A stretch of 64,000 nucleotides of DNA, taken from Candidatus Saccharimonadales bacterium (GTDB taxonomy: Bacteria > Patescibacteriota > Saccharimonadia > Saccharimonadales > EFPC-124). Below are positions 1 through 9,979 of the stretch, one piece after another. Numbering within the stretch: position 1 is the first letter of the stretch; each line of letters opens with the position of its first letter. The stretch is from positions 94,134-158,133 of the forward strand of contig DATIBO010000006.1 in NCBI GenBank assembly GCA_035457485.1, in the 5' to 3' direction. A program made the translations under genes and the position numbers. The notes under the pieces were generated by a model that was not told the DNA's origin, did not search any database, and was given only the letters and a program-made list of their open reading frames with translations.

Positions 1-527
1 TTTTACCAACCGCACGCCTAAACGCCGCCAGCAAAATTTTAAAAAGCTTTGGCTTAAACGAGCGCGAATATTATATGCCGTATCAGTTAAGCGGGGGTCA
101 ACTACAGAGAGTAGCGATTGCGAGAGCACTTGTAACTAAACCGTCGCTAATTTTAGCCGACGAGCCCACCGGCAATCTAGATACAAAGTCCAGCGAAATT
201 ATCATGGAAGAACTGGCCGACATCCATCGCCGCGGAAACACAATAATTATGGTCACACACAACCCGGACGTCGCGATTTACGCCGATCGGATAATCCAAA
301 TGGTTGACGGTAGGATCGCCAGCGACAGCAAGCACCCAATCGACGAAGTAGAAAAAGACAAACGCCCATTAAGCACCTTCCGCAAGGCTATGGAAGCGGC
401 CGTAAAAGCCAATGAGGATTTTGCGAACGCAACTGAGGCCATGACCGAAGAAGCCTTACCACAAAAGCCCACCCGAAAAAGTAAAAAAACGCGCCGCAAA
501 GCCGTTAAAAAAGGTCGCCGCAAATGA
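1..527 (+). CDS. ABC transporter ATP-binding protein (MacB/LolD-like), 5' partial. The reading frame is open from position 3 and continues the listed ORF upstream
   Basis: ABC signature [17 protein letters not shown] followed by Walker [12 protein letters not shown] and H-loop MVTHN; frame 3 is open back to the window edge; Lys-rich C-terminal tail; 4-nt ATGA overlap with the downstream permease. Confidence 0.8.
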   Translation, partial: LPTARLNAASKILKSFGLNEREYYMPYQLSGGQLQRVAIARALVTKPSLILADEPTGNLDTKSSEIIMEELADIHRRGNTIIMVTHNPDVAIYADRIIQMVDGRIASDSKHPIDEVEKDKRPLSTFRKAMEAAVKANEDFANATEAMTEEALPQKPTRKSKKTRRKAVKKGRRK

Positions 528-1753
528 GATTCTTCGCCAACTTTAAACTCGCTATTCAAAACTTGCGCTCTACTCGCGTTCGTACAACATTAACAATCGT
601 AGGTATTATAATTGGCATAACCTCGGTTACGGCAATTTTATCGCTAAGTGAAGGCGCAAAAAATAACATCCGCGGCCAAGTCAGTGAACTCGGCGACGAC
701 ATTTTGACTATTCGCCCTGGCAAAGCACATCGCGACGAAGACGGTTTTTTAAAAGACTACAACTACTTAGCGGCATTCGGCACGTCAACAATTACCGAGA
801 GTGACCTGGAATCGATTAAACACAATTCAAACGTTTCACAGATCGCACCCCTCATGCTAGTTACCGGAAGTGTATCTGATATGGACAAAAAACTTAGCAG
901 TGGCGTTATTGTCGGTACAACAGCCGATGGCGATGAAGCTTTGGGTTTATCAGTTAACGCCGGAGAGTTTATAAGCTCTACAAGCGGCACGGATAAAGTT
1001 GTTTTGGGGCGTAATCTTGCGCTCGAAATGTTTGGGAGCGAAGTAACTACGGGTCAAAAAGTTCTAATTCGTGGACACGAATACACCGTGGTTGGAGTTT
1101 TGGGCTACTTCCCATCGAGCACTACTGTTAGCACGGTTTTTGATCTTAACAATGCAGCATTTATTTCTCTGCCGGCGGCCAAATCTTTTAACCAAGGTGT
1201 GGCGCAAATTCAGCAACTCAACCTGCGCCTACAGCCCGGCGTAGACGCCAAAACCGAAGCCGAAACGATCCACCAAAAACTTATCAGCAACCACCACAAC
1301 GAAGACGACGTTGCTGTCTTATTGCCTGCCGAAACAATCCAAATCGCCGACAGTATCTTGGGAACCTTTAGCAACGTAATAAGTGCTGTCGCCGCGATCT
1401 CAATCATCGTGGGTGGAGTTGGCATAATGAACATCATGCTTGTTAGTGTAACCGAGCGCACTCGCGAAATCGGCATCCGCAAAGCCATTGGCGCAACAAA
1501 CAGCCAAGTGTTAAGCCAGTTTATGATCGAGGCCCTGGTTATGAGCCTAGCTGGCGGATTTTTGGGAATCGTCGTGGGTTTTGGGCTTGCCTATGCCGCC
1601 GGCACTTTCATAGGATTTATGCCTGGGTTCACCTGGCAAATTATTGCAGCAAGCCTGACAATCTCGTTAGCTGTTGGTGTAGTTTTTGGCGCATGGCCTG
1701 CAATTAAAGCGGCGCGCAAGGATCCTATAGAAGCCTTGCGCTCGTTTAATTAG
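524..1753 (+). CDS. ABC transporter permease, FtsX/MacB family
   Basis: N-terminal TM helix, large extracytoplasmic domain, C-terminal FtsX-like 3-TM bundle ([16 protein letters not shown]...); translationally coupled to upstream ATPase. Confidence 0.8.
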   Translation: MRFFANFKLAIQNLRSTRVRTTLTIVGIIIGITSVTAILSLSEGAKNNIRGQVSELGDDILTIRPGKAHRDEDGFLKDYNYLAAFGTSTITESDLESIKHNSNVSQIAPLMLVTGSVSDMDKKLSSGVIVGTTADGDEALGLSVNAGEFISSTSGTDKVVLGRNLALEMFGSEVTTGQKVLIRGHEYTVVGVLGYFPSSTTVSTVFDLNNAAFISLPAAKSFNQGVAQIQQLNLRLQPGVDAKTEAETIHQKLISNHHNEDDVAVLLPAETIQIADSILGTFSNVISAVAAISIIVGGVGIMNIMLVSVTERTREIGIRKAIGATNSQVLSQFMIEALVMSLAGGFLGIVVGFGLAYAAGTFIGFMPGFTWQIIAASLTISLAVGVVFGAWPAIKAARKDPIEALRSFN

Positions 1754-2778
1754 CCTAATGCAATCTTCAATTTCTCTACCAAATCTACCGGCGTTGGATT
1801 TATATTATTCAAAATCGCTAAGTAAACGGATGCGTGTTCACCCAGCATGATTGCGTAAACCATTTGCTCAAGCTGCGTATCGCCTTTTGCCTCAATCCTA
1901 AACGCTTTAGGTCGTTTACCCGATAGCAGTTTATCGACCACTTCAAAGCGAAGTTTAGTTCGCTCGTGCTCAAAGCTGCTTACAATATCAAAAACAGCGA
2001 ACGGTTTTTCGACTGGCAAACCGGACCAGCCAATAAACTCGTTATGACACATCTCGGGCACAATGTTACACCAAGCTGTATTTTTGGCGTTTTCGTTCAC
2101 ACAAATCTTCCATTTGACCGCCGCTGGATACATTAGTGGTCCACTATAAATAATTGGCGTTTTGCCAACCATATGCTGAGCAATTTGTTTAGCCAAGTTA
2201 TCTTTTTCGGGTACATTTGCGGCCCAGGTTTTTACTGTTTCAGCCATTTTTGAAGATAGATCGGTAAGCTGCTGACCAATATTTTTATCTGTTAAGCCGG
2301 CTGCACCTAAAATTGCTACAATTGCTTTGTAAAAATAAAAACTCGCCATTCGTGGTTGCGCACAATCTGGAATCTGAACAAACGGTAAATTGTACTGGGC
2401 AGCCTTAGCTTTTAGCTTGCCGCCGTTTGCCTGAATAACAATTTGTGTACCCTTTTTGCGAGCGTCTTCGAGAGAGCTTAGAGTTTCTTCGGTGTTACCC
2501 GAAAAGCTACTTACAATCACCAAGGTTTCAGTGCCAACAAAATCCGGCAAAACGTAATCGCGACTAATTAAAAATGGCACAGTAAGTTTAGGCCAGGTGC
2601 TAACAAAACCAGCCGGAAACGCACTACCGCCCATACCTGTTAAAACCACGTTCAAAACGGGTTTTGTTGGCGTAAAATCTACCGTAAATTCGTGTTTTAA
2701 CTGATCAGGCGAACTGGCTGCAATGGCGAGCGCACCCTGCGGATCTCGTTGTTTGATTACGTTGATGTCGTCAAGCAT
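1750..2778 (-). CDS. bifunctional phosphoglucose/phosphomannose isomerase (SIS-domain, archaeal/bacterial PGI-PMI type)
   Basis: SIS fold motifs GMGGSAF, VIVSSFSGNTEET; size ~340 aa typical of PGI/PMI family. Confidence 0.65.
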   Translation of the reverse strand: MLDDINVIKQRDPQGALAIAASSPDQLKHEFTVDFTPTKPVLNVVLTGMGGSAFPAGFVSTWPKLTVPFLISRDYVLPDFVGTETLVIVSSFSGNTEETLSSLEDARKKGTQIVIQANGGKLKAKAAQYNLPFVQIPDCAQPRMASFYFYKAIVAILGAAGLTDKNIGQQLTDLSSKMAETVKTWAANVPEKDNLAKQIAQHMVGKTPIIYSGPLMYPAAVKWKICVNENAKNTAWCNIVPEMCHNEFIGWSGLPVEKPFAVFDIVSSFEHERTKLRFEVVDKLLSGKRPKAFRIEAKGDTQLEQMVYAIMLGEHASVYLAILNNINPTPVDLVEKLKIALG

Positions 2779-2851
2779 GTCCCTCCTTTTAGGTATTTGC
2801 TATTTGCCAAAATACGCTATACTGTAGTTAAAGATTATAGCATTAAAAGGG

Positions 2852-3379
2852 GTGGGCATGAACGAAGATCAACACTTACAAACTCCAGTCAGCGGTGACG
2901 ATGATTTGGCAAAAGCATTAAGCGACCAGAGCGGCATGAAGTTCGAGGAAACCCCTATGCCAAGCATGATTACAGATGATTCCGCCAGCCAGCCGCCCGC
3001 TCCACAAGTTAGCGAACCGGAAAAAGATGAAGAAGTCGAAACTCCTGCTCCAAGTAGCTGGAGCCCTGGCGCTGATTCAAACGACACTAAAGATGAGCCC
3101 GAAACTCCTGCAGTTACAAGCCACAGCTCAACCAGCGACGACAGCTTAGACAAAATTAAGGATGATGTTGTTAATGCAATTAAACCTCTTTTAGGCAAGC
3201 TAGACCTTCCGCCTGAGGAAAAATTTGACACAATGCTTTTAGTAATCCGTTCTACTGACGACCAAAGTTTACTACAAGCTACATTTAACGCCGCGAAAGA
3301 AATTCCCGACGAAGCCAAGCGTGCCAAAGCATTGCTCGATGTAATGCGCGAAGTTAGCTATTTTAGCGGTAAAAAATAG
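2852..3379 (+). CDS. hypothetical acidic, low-complexity (disordered) protein
   Basis: Long ORF with SD-like GGGGTGGG upstream; D/E/S/P-rich N-terminal two-thirds, helical C-terminus; no recognisable domain. Confidence 0.4.
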   Translation: MGMNEDQHLQTPVSGDDDLAKALSDQSGMKFEETPMPSMITDDSASQPPAPQVSEPEKDEEVETPAPSSWSPGADSNDTKDEPETPAVTSHSSTSDDSLDKIKDDVVNAIKPLLGKLDLPPEEKFDTMLLVIRSTDDQSLLQATFNAAKEIPDEAKRAKALLDVMREVSYFSGKK

Positions 3380-3437
3380 CATCTAAGTACCCGGGGGTGG
3401 TTCGAAGGTTATTCTTACTAAGGTTATTAGATTTATA

Positions 3438-3767
3438 CTAGTTTAAGTTATGTATCTTAAAGCCCGCCACCCCAAGAGCTAGCTCCTTTTCGCCGTAAAA
3501 TTGGCGCATATCAGCTAAAAGTTCTCGCTCTGTTTTACCGAAACGCTCAGTTGGATAAGAATTAAACAACTCTTTAAAGCTTCCGAAACGCAAAATTCCT
3601 ACGACTTTTGCTACGATTTCTTTTTTAGTTTCGCGATTGATAAAAACAATCATGTCGCCAGCTTTTATTTTGGCGTGGATTTCATCGTATAATCGTGGTT
3701 CGATTATACGTTTCTTGCTTAAAATAAGTTCGAATGTTGGTTCGTCTACTTCACTTCTAAAGATCAT
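3438..3767 (-). CDS. ASCH-domain (PUA-like) protein
   Basis: ~110 aa, pattern resembles ASCH family small RNA-binding-like proteins. Confidence 0.5.
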   Translation of the reverse strand: MIFRSEVDEPTFELILSKKRIIEPRLYDEIHAKIKAGDMIVFINRETKKEIVAKVVGILRFGSFKELFNSYPTERFGKTERELLADMRQFYGEKELALGVAGFKIHNLN

Positions 3768-3784
3768 TCTTTAAGTGTAGCAGG

Positions 3785-3861
3785 AATTTCTGCGGGGCCC
3801 ACATCGCGACATTTCTGCGATGTGGGCCCCTTGGCGTCGGGAGCTGAGGAGGTCAGCTCCT
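3785..3861 (-). terminator. two consecutive GC-rich hairpins downstream of the high-GC gene. The first is a 14-bp perfect inverted repeat, GGGGCCCACATCGC-9nt-GCGATGTGGGCCCC. The second is an 8-bp inverted repeat, GGAGCTGA-GGAGG-TCAGCTCC
   Basis: Perfect inverted repeats read directly; located immediately 3' of the minus-strand CDS 3853..4914 (the second hairpin overlaps its stop); no strong U-tract (actinobacterial-style intrinsic terminator). Confidence 0.5.
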
Positions 3862-4914
3862 CTTTGACGCCCCGGGCTTCAGCTGTGTAGCCAGCCCGAT
3901 CTCCTTACCGAGCGCCGCAGCCGCATCAGCCAGTGGCTTAAGGTGAGCCAGTGCGGCCACCTCAGCTGTCAGCCGCTCGATCTCTCGCTTGAGCGATGCG
4001 ATCTCGCTGGCCTGCGTGCGGTTGGCTGAACGCGCCGCACTCAGGTCATCCGTCTTCTTGGACAGTCGACCTTCGAGCGAAGCGACCTTGATGCGAAGAT
4101 CACGAATCACCGCAGCCGCCTGAAGCAGGTTCGTCAGAGGGTTGGAGTTAACCTCTGTAGCCGGCTGCTCCTCGGCGACAGGAACCTCAGGCTCGTCGGG
4201 CGCGCCCGCCTTGACCGAAGTCTCGGTGGCCTTAGCCTTTTCTGCCTGTTTCACCATCTCCGTCGTGACTCGCGTGATGGAAGTATCGACGAAGTGTCGG
4301 CGGAGTCCACCGCCGACGTTATCGGTCCAGCGCAGACCCATCGCGTTCAGTAAGCTCGCGATGCTCGACGCCTGCCGCCTGGTGATCCCGGTCAGAACTT
4401 CAGCCGCCAGGCTGAGGATACTGTTGTGGTCGGGAATGAAATTGTGTTTGCCGCGGGTGTTGTGTTCGTAACACATGTCACCACCCTCACACTCGATAGA
4501 GACATCGTCTCCTTGCAAGTACGTCAGGAGCTTCGTAGCCTCTTCGGCACGACGCTCCACACTTAGCAATTCGGTCGGCTTGTCGGCTGACTCTCTCACT
4601 TCCGCCTCACCATCTTCCGGCTTCTTGTCGATCTTCGTCGTGGTAACGGGAGAGTTATGGGCGCCTCGAGGGAGCTTCTTCAACCCCATCTCGACGATCA
4701 CGTCCCCCTCTTTCTTGACCCATGTCCTCCGCTCACGGCACATGGTGGCGACCAGCGCATTGATTTCCGCAAGCGGAATCCCAAACGCCAGAGCGATTGC
4801 CACGGTCGGCTCCTCGAACTTACCACCGATCATGCGACCAGAGATACGCCCGTGGTGCTGCAGCAAGAATCCGACGATGCGATCTGCATCCGTCGACTTC
4901 GGGTTTTCGGCCAC
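3853..4914 (-). CDS. hypothetical protein encoded by a ~62% GC single-gene island; C-terminal coiled-coil
   Basis: Long ORF in a region whose GC (about 62% in sampled 60-mers) is ~20 points above flanks; opposite strand carries stop-free spurious ORFs typical of high-GC DNA; heptad-like C-terminal ~100 aa; N-terminal domain unrecognised. Confidence 0.55.
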   Translation of the reverse strand: MAENPKSTDADRIVGFLLQHHGRISGRMIGGKFEEPTVAIALAFGIPLAEINALVATMCRERRTWVKKEGDVIVEMGLKKLPRGAHNSPVTTTKIDKKPEDGEAEVRESADKPTELLSVERRAEEATKLLTYLQGDDVSIECEGGDMCYEHNTRGKHNFIPDHNSILSLAAEVLTGITRRQASSIASLLNAMGLRWTDNVGGGLRRHFVDTSITRVTTEMVKQAEKAKATETSVKAGAPDEPEVPVAEEQPATEVNSNPLTNLLQAAAVIRDLRIKVASLEGRLSKKTDDLSAARSANRTQASEIASLKREIERLTAEVAALAHLKPLADAAAALGKEIGLATQLKPGASKRS

Positions 4915-5036
4915 TTTTCCTCCTCGTGATACCGAAGAAAATATTATAACATAAAATTAAATAAGTTCTAGTGAGAGGACCGCGAGTAAGCGGCCCTTAA
5001 TCACCTAGCGCTCATGTAGGCGCTAAACAAGGTTAG

Positions 5037-6683
5037 CTACATCATGCCCATACCAGGCATGCCACCGCCAGCAGCTGCAGCTGGCTCATCCTTTGGAATA
5101 TCGACCACCAAAGCACCCATTGTCATTGCCGTTGCTGCAATCGACACGGCGTTTTGGATCGCTTCTTTAGTTACGCGGGCTGGATCGACTACACCTTTAC
5201 CCTTTAAATCAACTAGTTTTTCAGGGCTGTTTACATCAAAACCTTGACCGGTTTTTTTACTTGCCATAACTTGTGGAAGCTTTTCGTCGGCATTTAAGCC
5301 AGCGTTTAACATCAGTTGTTTAAACGGCTGAACAAGTGCGTTCTTCAAAAGCTGGTGCCCGGCTGCAACACTATCGTTGCCAGCAACATCGATTGTTTTA
5401 CTTAAGTCAACCAGCGTAACGCCACCACCGGCAACCACACCTTCGGCCAACGCAGCTTTAGTCGCAGCTACGGCGTCGTCTACTCTAAACTTCTTCTCTT
5501 CGATCTCAGTTTCGGTAACGCCACCAACTTTAATTACGGCAACTTTGCCACCCAAAGCTGCTGCACGCTTTTCGTAGTTTTCTTTGTCGTACTCGCTGGT
5601 TGCAGCGCTCGCTTGAGCTGTAATTTCGGCAATTCGCGCGTTTACTTCTTTGGTTGCTCCGGCGCCTTCGATAATTGTAGTTTCATCTTTACCTACAATC
5701 ACTTTGCGAGCTGAGCCAACCATGCTCAGTTCTGCATTTTCAAAGCTGTGACCTTGCTCTTTGGTGATTACGGTCGCACCTGTAAGCACAGCTAGATCCT
5801 GCAAAATCTCTTTGCGGCGGTCGCCAAATGCCGGAGCCTTAACCGCAACCGTGTTAAACACACCCTTTAATTTGTTCAAAACCAAAGTTGCGAGTACTTC
5901 ACCCTCGACATCTTCGGCAATTAATACTAAGTCTTTTTTGCCAGCTTGAGCTAACTTCTCGAGCATTGGTAAAAATTGTTGTACGCTAGTAATTTTTTCG
6001 TCAGTAATCACGATTGCCGGCTTGTCGTAGCTAGCTTCCATGCGTGCAGTGTCGGTCACCATGTAGCTGCTTACAAAGCCGCGGTCCATAGTGAAGCCTT
6101 CGACCACTTCGCTCTCTAGCTTCAGGCCTTGGCCCTCTTCAACGGTTACCACGCCGTCTTTGCCGATTTTACTGATTACATCAGCAATTAAGGTGCCTAT
6201 TTCTTTGTCGCCAGCGCTGATTGTTGCGACTTCGGCGATTCGCTCTTTTTTACTACCGATTTGCTCGGCCATGCCACTAAGTTTGGCAATGATTTCAGCT
6301 CCAGCCGCCTCAACTCCTTTGCGAAGCTCCATTGGATTGTGGCCAGCAGCAATCAAGCGATTGGCCTCAGCCAAAATGTTGTAAGTTAACACAGTAACAG
6401 TCGTAGTTCCGTCACCGGCTACGTCGTTCATTTTGTTGGCGGCTTGCTTAATTAGATCAGCTCCAACTTTAAAGCCCAATTCCTCGTTGTCTTCTTCGGG
6501 AAGTTCGATCGCTTTCGCTACACTCACACCGTCGTGCGTAACAGTTGGGCCACCGTAGCCTTTGCTTATAACTACGTTGCGGCCTTTAGGACCCATGGTA
6601 ACTTTCACGGCATCATACAGGGCTTTCGCTCCACCCAGAACACGGCGACGCGCATCATCATCATAAAAAACTTTTTTAGCCAT
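5037..6683 (-). CDS. groL: chaperonin GroEL (60 kDa)
   Basis: Canonical GroEL sequence (AKKVFYDDDARRRV..., GDGTTTVTVL, C-terminal GGM repeat GGGMPGMGMM). Confidence 0.97.
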   Translation of the reverse strand: MAKKVFYDDDARRRVLGGAKALYDAVKVTMGPKGRNVVISKGYGGPTVTHDGVSVAKAIELPEEDNEELGFKVGADLIKQAANKMNDVAGDGTTTVTVLTYNILAEANRLIAAGHNPMELRKGVEAAGAEIIAKLSGMAEQIGSKKERIAEVATISAGDKEIGTLIADVISKIGKDGVVTVEEGQGLKLESEVVEGFTMDRGFVSSYMVTDTARMEASYDKPAIVITDEKITSVQQFLPMLEKLAQAGKKDLVLIAEDVEGEVLATLVLNKLKGVFNTVAVKAPAFGDRRKEILQDLAVLTGATVITKEQGHSFENAELSMVGSARKVIVGKDETTIIEGAGATKEVNARIAEITAQASAATSEYDKENYEKRAAALGGKVAVIKVGGVTETEIEEKKFRVDDAVAATKAALAEGVVAGGGVTLVDLSKTIDVAGNDSVAAGHQLLKNALVQPFKQLMLNAGLNADEKLPQVMASKKTGQGFDVNSPEKLVDLKGKGVVDPARVTKEAIQNAVSIAATAMTMGALVVDIPKDEPAAAAGGGMPGMGMM

Positions 6684-6691
6684 AAAACTCC

Positions 6692-6961
6692 TTATTTAGC
6701 CAAAACAGCTAAAACATCTTCTTCTTTAACAATTAAATATTCGACTCCGCCGGTTTTTAATTCGGTTACGGAGTATTCTTTATACACAATAAGGTCGTCT
6801 TTTTTGACCTCTTTAACTTCTTTACCGACAGCTACAACCTTAGCCACTACTGACTTTTCTTTGGCTTCGTCTGGTAAAAATAAGCCCGATGCAGTTTTAT
6901 TTTGGGCTTGTTCGCGGACAGCGACAACTCGGTCTGCAAGCGGTTTAAGTGCTTGACTCAT
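6692..6961 (-). CDS. groS: co-chaperonin GroES
   Basis: 89 aa, LKPLADRVVAVREQAQNKTASGLFLPDEAKEK; immediately upstream of groL in same orientation. Confidence 0.92.
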   Translation of the reverse strand: MSQALKPLADRVVAVREQAQNKTASGLFLPDEAKEKSVVAKVVAVGKEVKEVKKDDLIVYKEYSVTELKTGGVEYLIVKEEDVLAVLAK

Positions 6962-7038
6962 GATAACCTCCAGTTTTTGTAACTACATATTTACTATAGT
7001 CTGACTAGCACTGTCAAGGCAAGAGTGCTAGCGAGTAT

Positions 7039-8385
7039 TTATTCTTCGATAATTTTAGTAACTTTATTAATCAGTTCGTCCAAATCCTGTTGGCTTTTTG
7101 CCTCGGCGTTTAAACGTAAAACCGGCTCAGTGTTACTTGGCCGAACATTAAACCATTTACCTTGATCCTCGTAAGCTACTGTAATTCCATCAAGCAGATC
7201 TTGTGCGCCATCGGTAAAAGTTGCCCGTACTCTTTCAATAACTTGCGGTTTGTTTTCGACCTCAAAGTTTATCTCGGGAGACGACACATATTTATTACGA
7301 TACTTATTCGCCAAATCGCTGAGCTTTTCGCCACTCTCGGCTAAGGCCTGGATAGATAAAATCATGCCAATTAAACCAGAGTCGGTGTAAAAATTATCCT
7401 TAAAGTAAAGATGCGCAGTGTGTTCACCTGCAAAAAGCGCCTTTTGTGTACGCATATCGGCCTTAATGTAGCCAAAGCCCACGCGCGTTCTAAACGGCTT
7501 ACCGCCGGCCGCAACAATTGCATCCCTGGCCGTTTGACCGCAAATTAAGTTATACAAAATTGTTGCCCCCGGATTTTTGCCAAGCAAATATGTTGCCAAA
7601 ATTGCGGTTATCACCTTGCCCGTTACCACCTCGCCTTGCTCATCGAGCATTAAAGCGTGATCGCCGTCAGCATCGAATGCGAATCCAAAATCGCAAGCTT
7701 CGATGCTAATTTTAGCTTTTATTTGAGTTAGATTGTCGCCATTCAACGGATCTGCCGGATGATTTGGAAAACTAGGATCCGGATCAAAATACATTGGAAA
7801 AATTTGCAGAGGCAATTTAGTGGCAATTTTTTGTAAAATTGGGCCGGCTGCCCCATTACCAGTATCTATCGCCACCCTATATTTTGGCCATTTTGTAAGA
7901 TCGGCAAAGCTTAAAACGTGCTCAATCCAATCATCGGCTATATCTTTTTTAATAACTTGCCCAGTCTGAGGAGGCGATACAAACTGATTACTTACCACGA
8001 GATCACGAATATTCATCAAACCCTCGCCCACTCCAATTGGTCGCGCTTGTTCGTGGCAGAACCTTAGACCATTGTATTCTGAGTGAATATGCCCAGATGT
8101 AATCATTGCTCCGCCGGCCAGCCCAAATTTCCCCACGCAAAAGTACATCATGTCAGAGGTGATCTGGCCCAAATCCCAAACATCCCTTCCCTGTTGACGT
8201 ACCCCGTTTATAAAAGCCTCGGCAAGTTGAGCTGAGTCCGTGCGAATATCGCGCCCTACAACAACCGCTCCTGCGGTTGGCAGCCATGTCGCTAGCGCGC
8301 GACCCAGCCGCTCGGCAACTTCGGGGGTTAAATCCTCGCCAACTTTGCCGCGGACATCGTATGCTTTAAAAATGTCTAAATTCAC
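7039..8385 (-). CDS. alpha-D-phosphohexomutase family protein, divergent paralog (phosphomannomutase/phosphoglucomutase-like) with non-canonical catalytic loop
   Basis: Four-domain PGM/PMM architecture; N-term KAYDVRGKVGEDLTPEV; catalytic loop reads ITSGHIHSEYNGLRF instead of SASHNPPEFNG; metal loop FDADGDHA. Confidence 0.7.
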   Translation of the reverse strand: MNLDIFKAYDVRGKVGEDLTPEVAERLGRALATWLPTAGAVVVGRDIRTDSAQLAEAFINGVRQQGRDVWDLGQITSDMMYFCVGKFGLAGGAMITSGHIHSEYNGLRFCHEQARPIGVGEGLMNIRDLVVSNQFVSPPQTGQVIKKDIADDWIEHVLSFADLTKWPKYRVAIDTGNGAAGPILQKIATKLPLQIFPMYFDPDPSFPNHPADPLNGDNLTQIKAKISIEACDFGFAFDADGDHALMLDEQGEVVTGKVITAILATYLLGKNPGATILYNLICGQTARDAIVAAGGKPFRTRVGFGYIKADMRTQKALFAGEHTAHLYFKDNFYTDSGLIGMILSIQALAESGEKLSDLANKYRNKYVSSPEINFEVENKPQVIERVRATFTDGAQDLLDGITVAYEDQGKWFNVRPSNTEPVLRLNAEAKSQQDLDELINKVTKIIEE

Positions 8386-8453
8386 GCCGCGCCCCCTTAA
8401 CTAAGTTCATTATAGGCGCCCTGGCAATAAAATCCAGGGCGCAAAGAGCAAAC

Positions 8454-9881
8454 TTAGTTTAAAGCATCTACGTTTGCGGCAATTTTGTTTTCCCATTCTA
8501 CTTCTGGAAAACTATGCAACAGATCTGACAGATATTTTTTGAGCTTGTCGTAGCCCGGCTGGGTTTTCGACTCAAGCTTAATACCTAGGTACGGGCCATT
8601 CTGCGAGTAGCGCACCACAAACATACTGTCATCCGTTTCAAGCCGTACGCCATCACCTGCGCGCTCGTCGTCAATGATCTCGGCGCTTGGGAAATCTTTT
8701 TTGAGTATTGGCACTAATTTTTCAACCAACTTAACCTTTTTGTCATCAGCACAGGCTAGCTTGATTTCTGGGCTCGAAACATATTGAGGCATAGCCGCCA
8801 CTATTTCGCTAAGTTTTTTACCTGTCTCACTTAGGTAACGGATCAGGCGCAAAGTCGAGAACAACCCATCGTCGTGATTATAAAAATCAGCCGAGAAAAA
8901 GAAGTGGCCAGAAAGCTCTCCAATAAACGCAGCCTTAACCTCTTGGTTCTTCTTTTTTAAGAACGAGTGGCCGGTGCGCCACATAAATGGTTCGCCACCT
9001 TTTGCGGTAATCGTTTCGGGCACTGCCTTTGAGCAAAATGTGTTGAACATAATTTTTGCACCGAGATGATCCATCAGAACCGCTTCGGCAAAAATTGCCA
9101 CAAGCATGTCATTCCAGATTATTCCACCCTTTTCGTCAACAATTCCAATACGATCACCGTCGGCGTCGTATGTAAAGCCAACGTCTGCCTTTGCCTCTAA
9201 CACCTCTTTACTTAGACGATCGAGCACGTGCTTTTCGGTTGGATCAGCTACACCAAGCGGAAAAGTAGGATCCACTTTTGTATTGTATTCAATCACCTCA
9301 CAACCGGCTTGGCGCAAAAGATCTGGCGCAATTCCACCAGCAGTTGTGCAGCTCGGATCGACCACCACACGCAACCCTTTTTTAATTGGTAATCGTTTTA
9401 AAATATCGTCAAAGTAAGCTTGGCGAATATCACGCTGTTCAACCTTGCCTGGTTTTTCTGCCATGTCGTAATCTTCTTCTTGCACCATTCGGCAAAGTTC
9501 GCGCATACCATCGCTCACTAAAGTTTCCGAAAAATCATTGGCAAACTTAAAACCGTTAAATTCCGGCGGATTGTGGCTCGCGCTCACGTAAACGCCACCC
9601 TTGCGATTCAAATAATATTGCGACCAATAAAACGTGCCGATCATATGCATACCAATATCGATCACATCAACACCTGTTGCATTAAGACCCTCGATCAAGC
9701 TGGCGGCATATTCCGGGCTGGTTTGACGACAATCGCGACCAACTACAGCTTCGGTAATCCCTTGTCTTTTTAGGTAGGTTCCAAACGCGCGACCAATATG
9801 CTCGGCAATTTCTGGATTTAAATCTTCGCCCACTAAACCTCTAAGGTCATACCCACGAAACATATGTGGATTAATTTTCAT
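8454..9881 (-). CDS. phosphoglucomutase/phosphomannomutase (alpha-D-phosphohexomutase)
   Basis: Canonical motifs VSASHNPPEFNGFKF (phosphoserine loop), YDADGDRIGIVDEKG (metal loop), GELSGH (sugar loop). Confidence 0.85.
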   Translation of the reverse strand: MKINPHMFRGYDLRGLVGEDLNPEIAEHIGRAFGTYLKRQGITEAVVGRDCRQTSPEYAASLIEGLNATGVDVIDIGMHMIGTFYWSQYYLNRKGGVYVSASHNPPEFNGFKFANDFSETLVSDGMRELCRMVQEEDYDMAEKPGKVEQRDIRQAYFDDILKRLPIKKGLRVVVDPSCTTAGGIAPDLLRQAGCEVIEYNTKVDPTFPLGVADPTEKHVLDRLSKEVLEAKADVGFTYDADGDRIGIVDEKGGIIWNDMLVAIFAEAVLMDHLGAKIMFNTFCSKAVPETITAKGGEPFMWRTGHSFLKKKNQEVKAAFIGELSGHFFFSADFYNHDDGLFSTLRLIRYLSETGKKLSEIVAAMPQYVSSPEIKLACADDKKVKLVEKLVPILKKDFPSAEIIDDERAGDGVRLETDDSMFVVRYSQNGPYLGIKLESKTQPGYDKLKKYLSDLLHSFPEVEWENKIAANVDALN

Positions 9882-9979
9882 TTTAACTCCTTGATTATGT
9901 ATTCAAACAAAGCGCTGGTTGCGCAAAAAGGCGTTGTCTTATACGTCCCTCCAACATTAGTACGAGCCCTCATTATAAC

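Noticed and set aside
4142-4954. Plus-strand ORFs 4142..4471, 4475..4954 and 4657..4929 antisense to the high-GC island gene
   Set aside because: They lie entirely within the minus-strand 353-aa ORF. High-GC DNA is stop-codon-poor on all frames. Their translations are low-complexity (S/P/A/R-rich) with no start context.
5044-6384. Several plus-strand ORFs inside groEL (5044.., 5377.., 5761.., 6091..)
   Set aside because: They are antisense to the universally conserved GroEL coding sequence and their translations are low-complexity.
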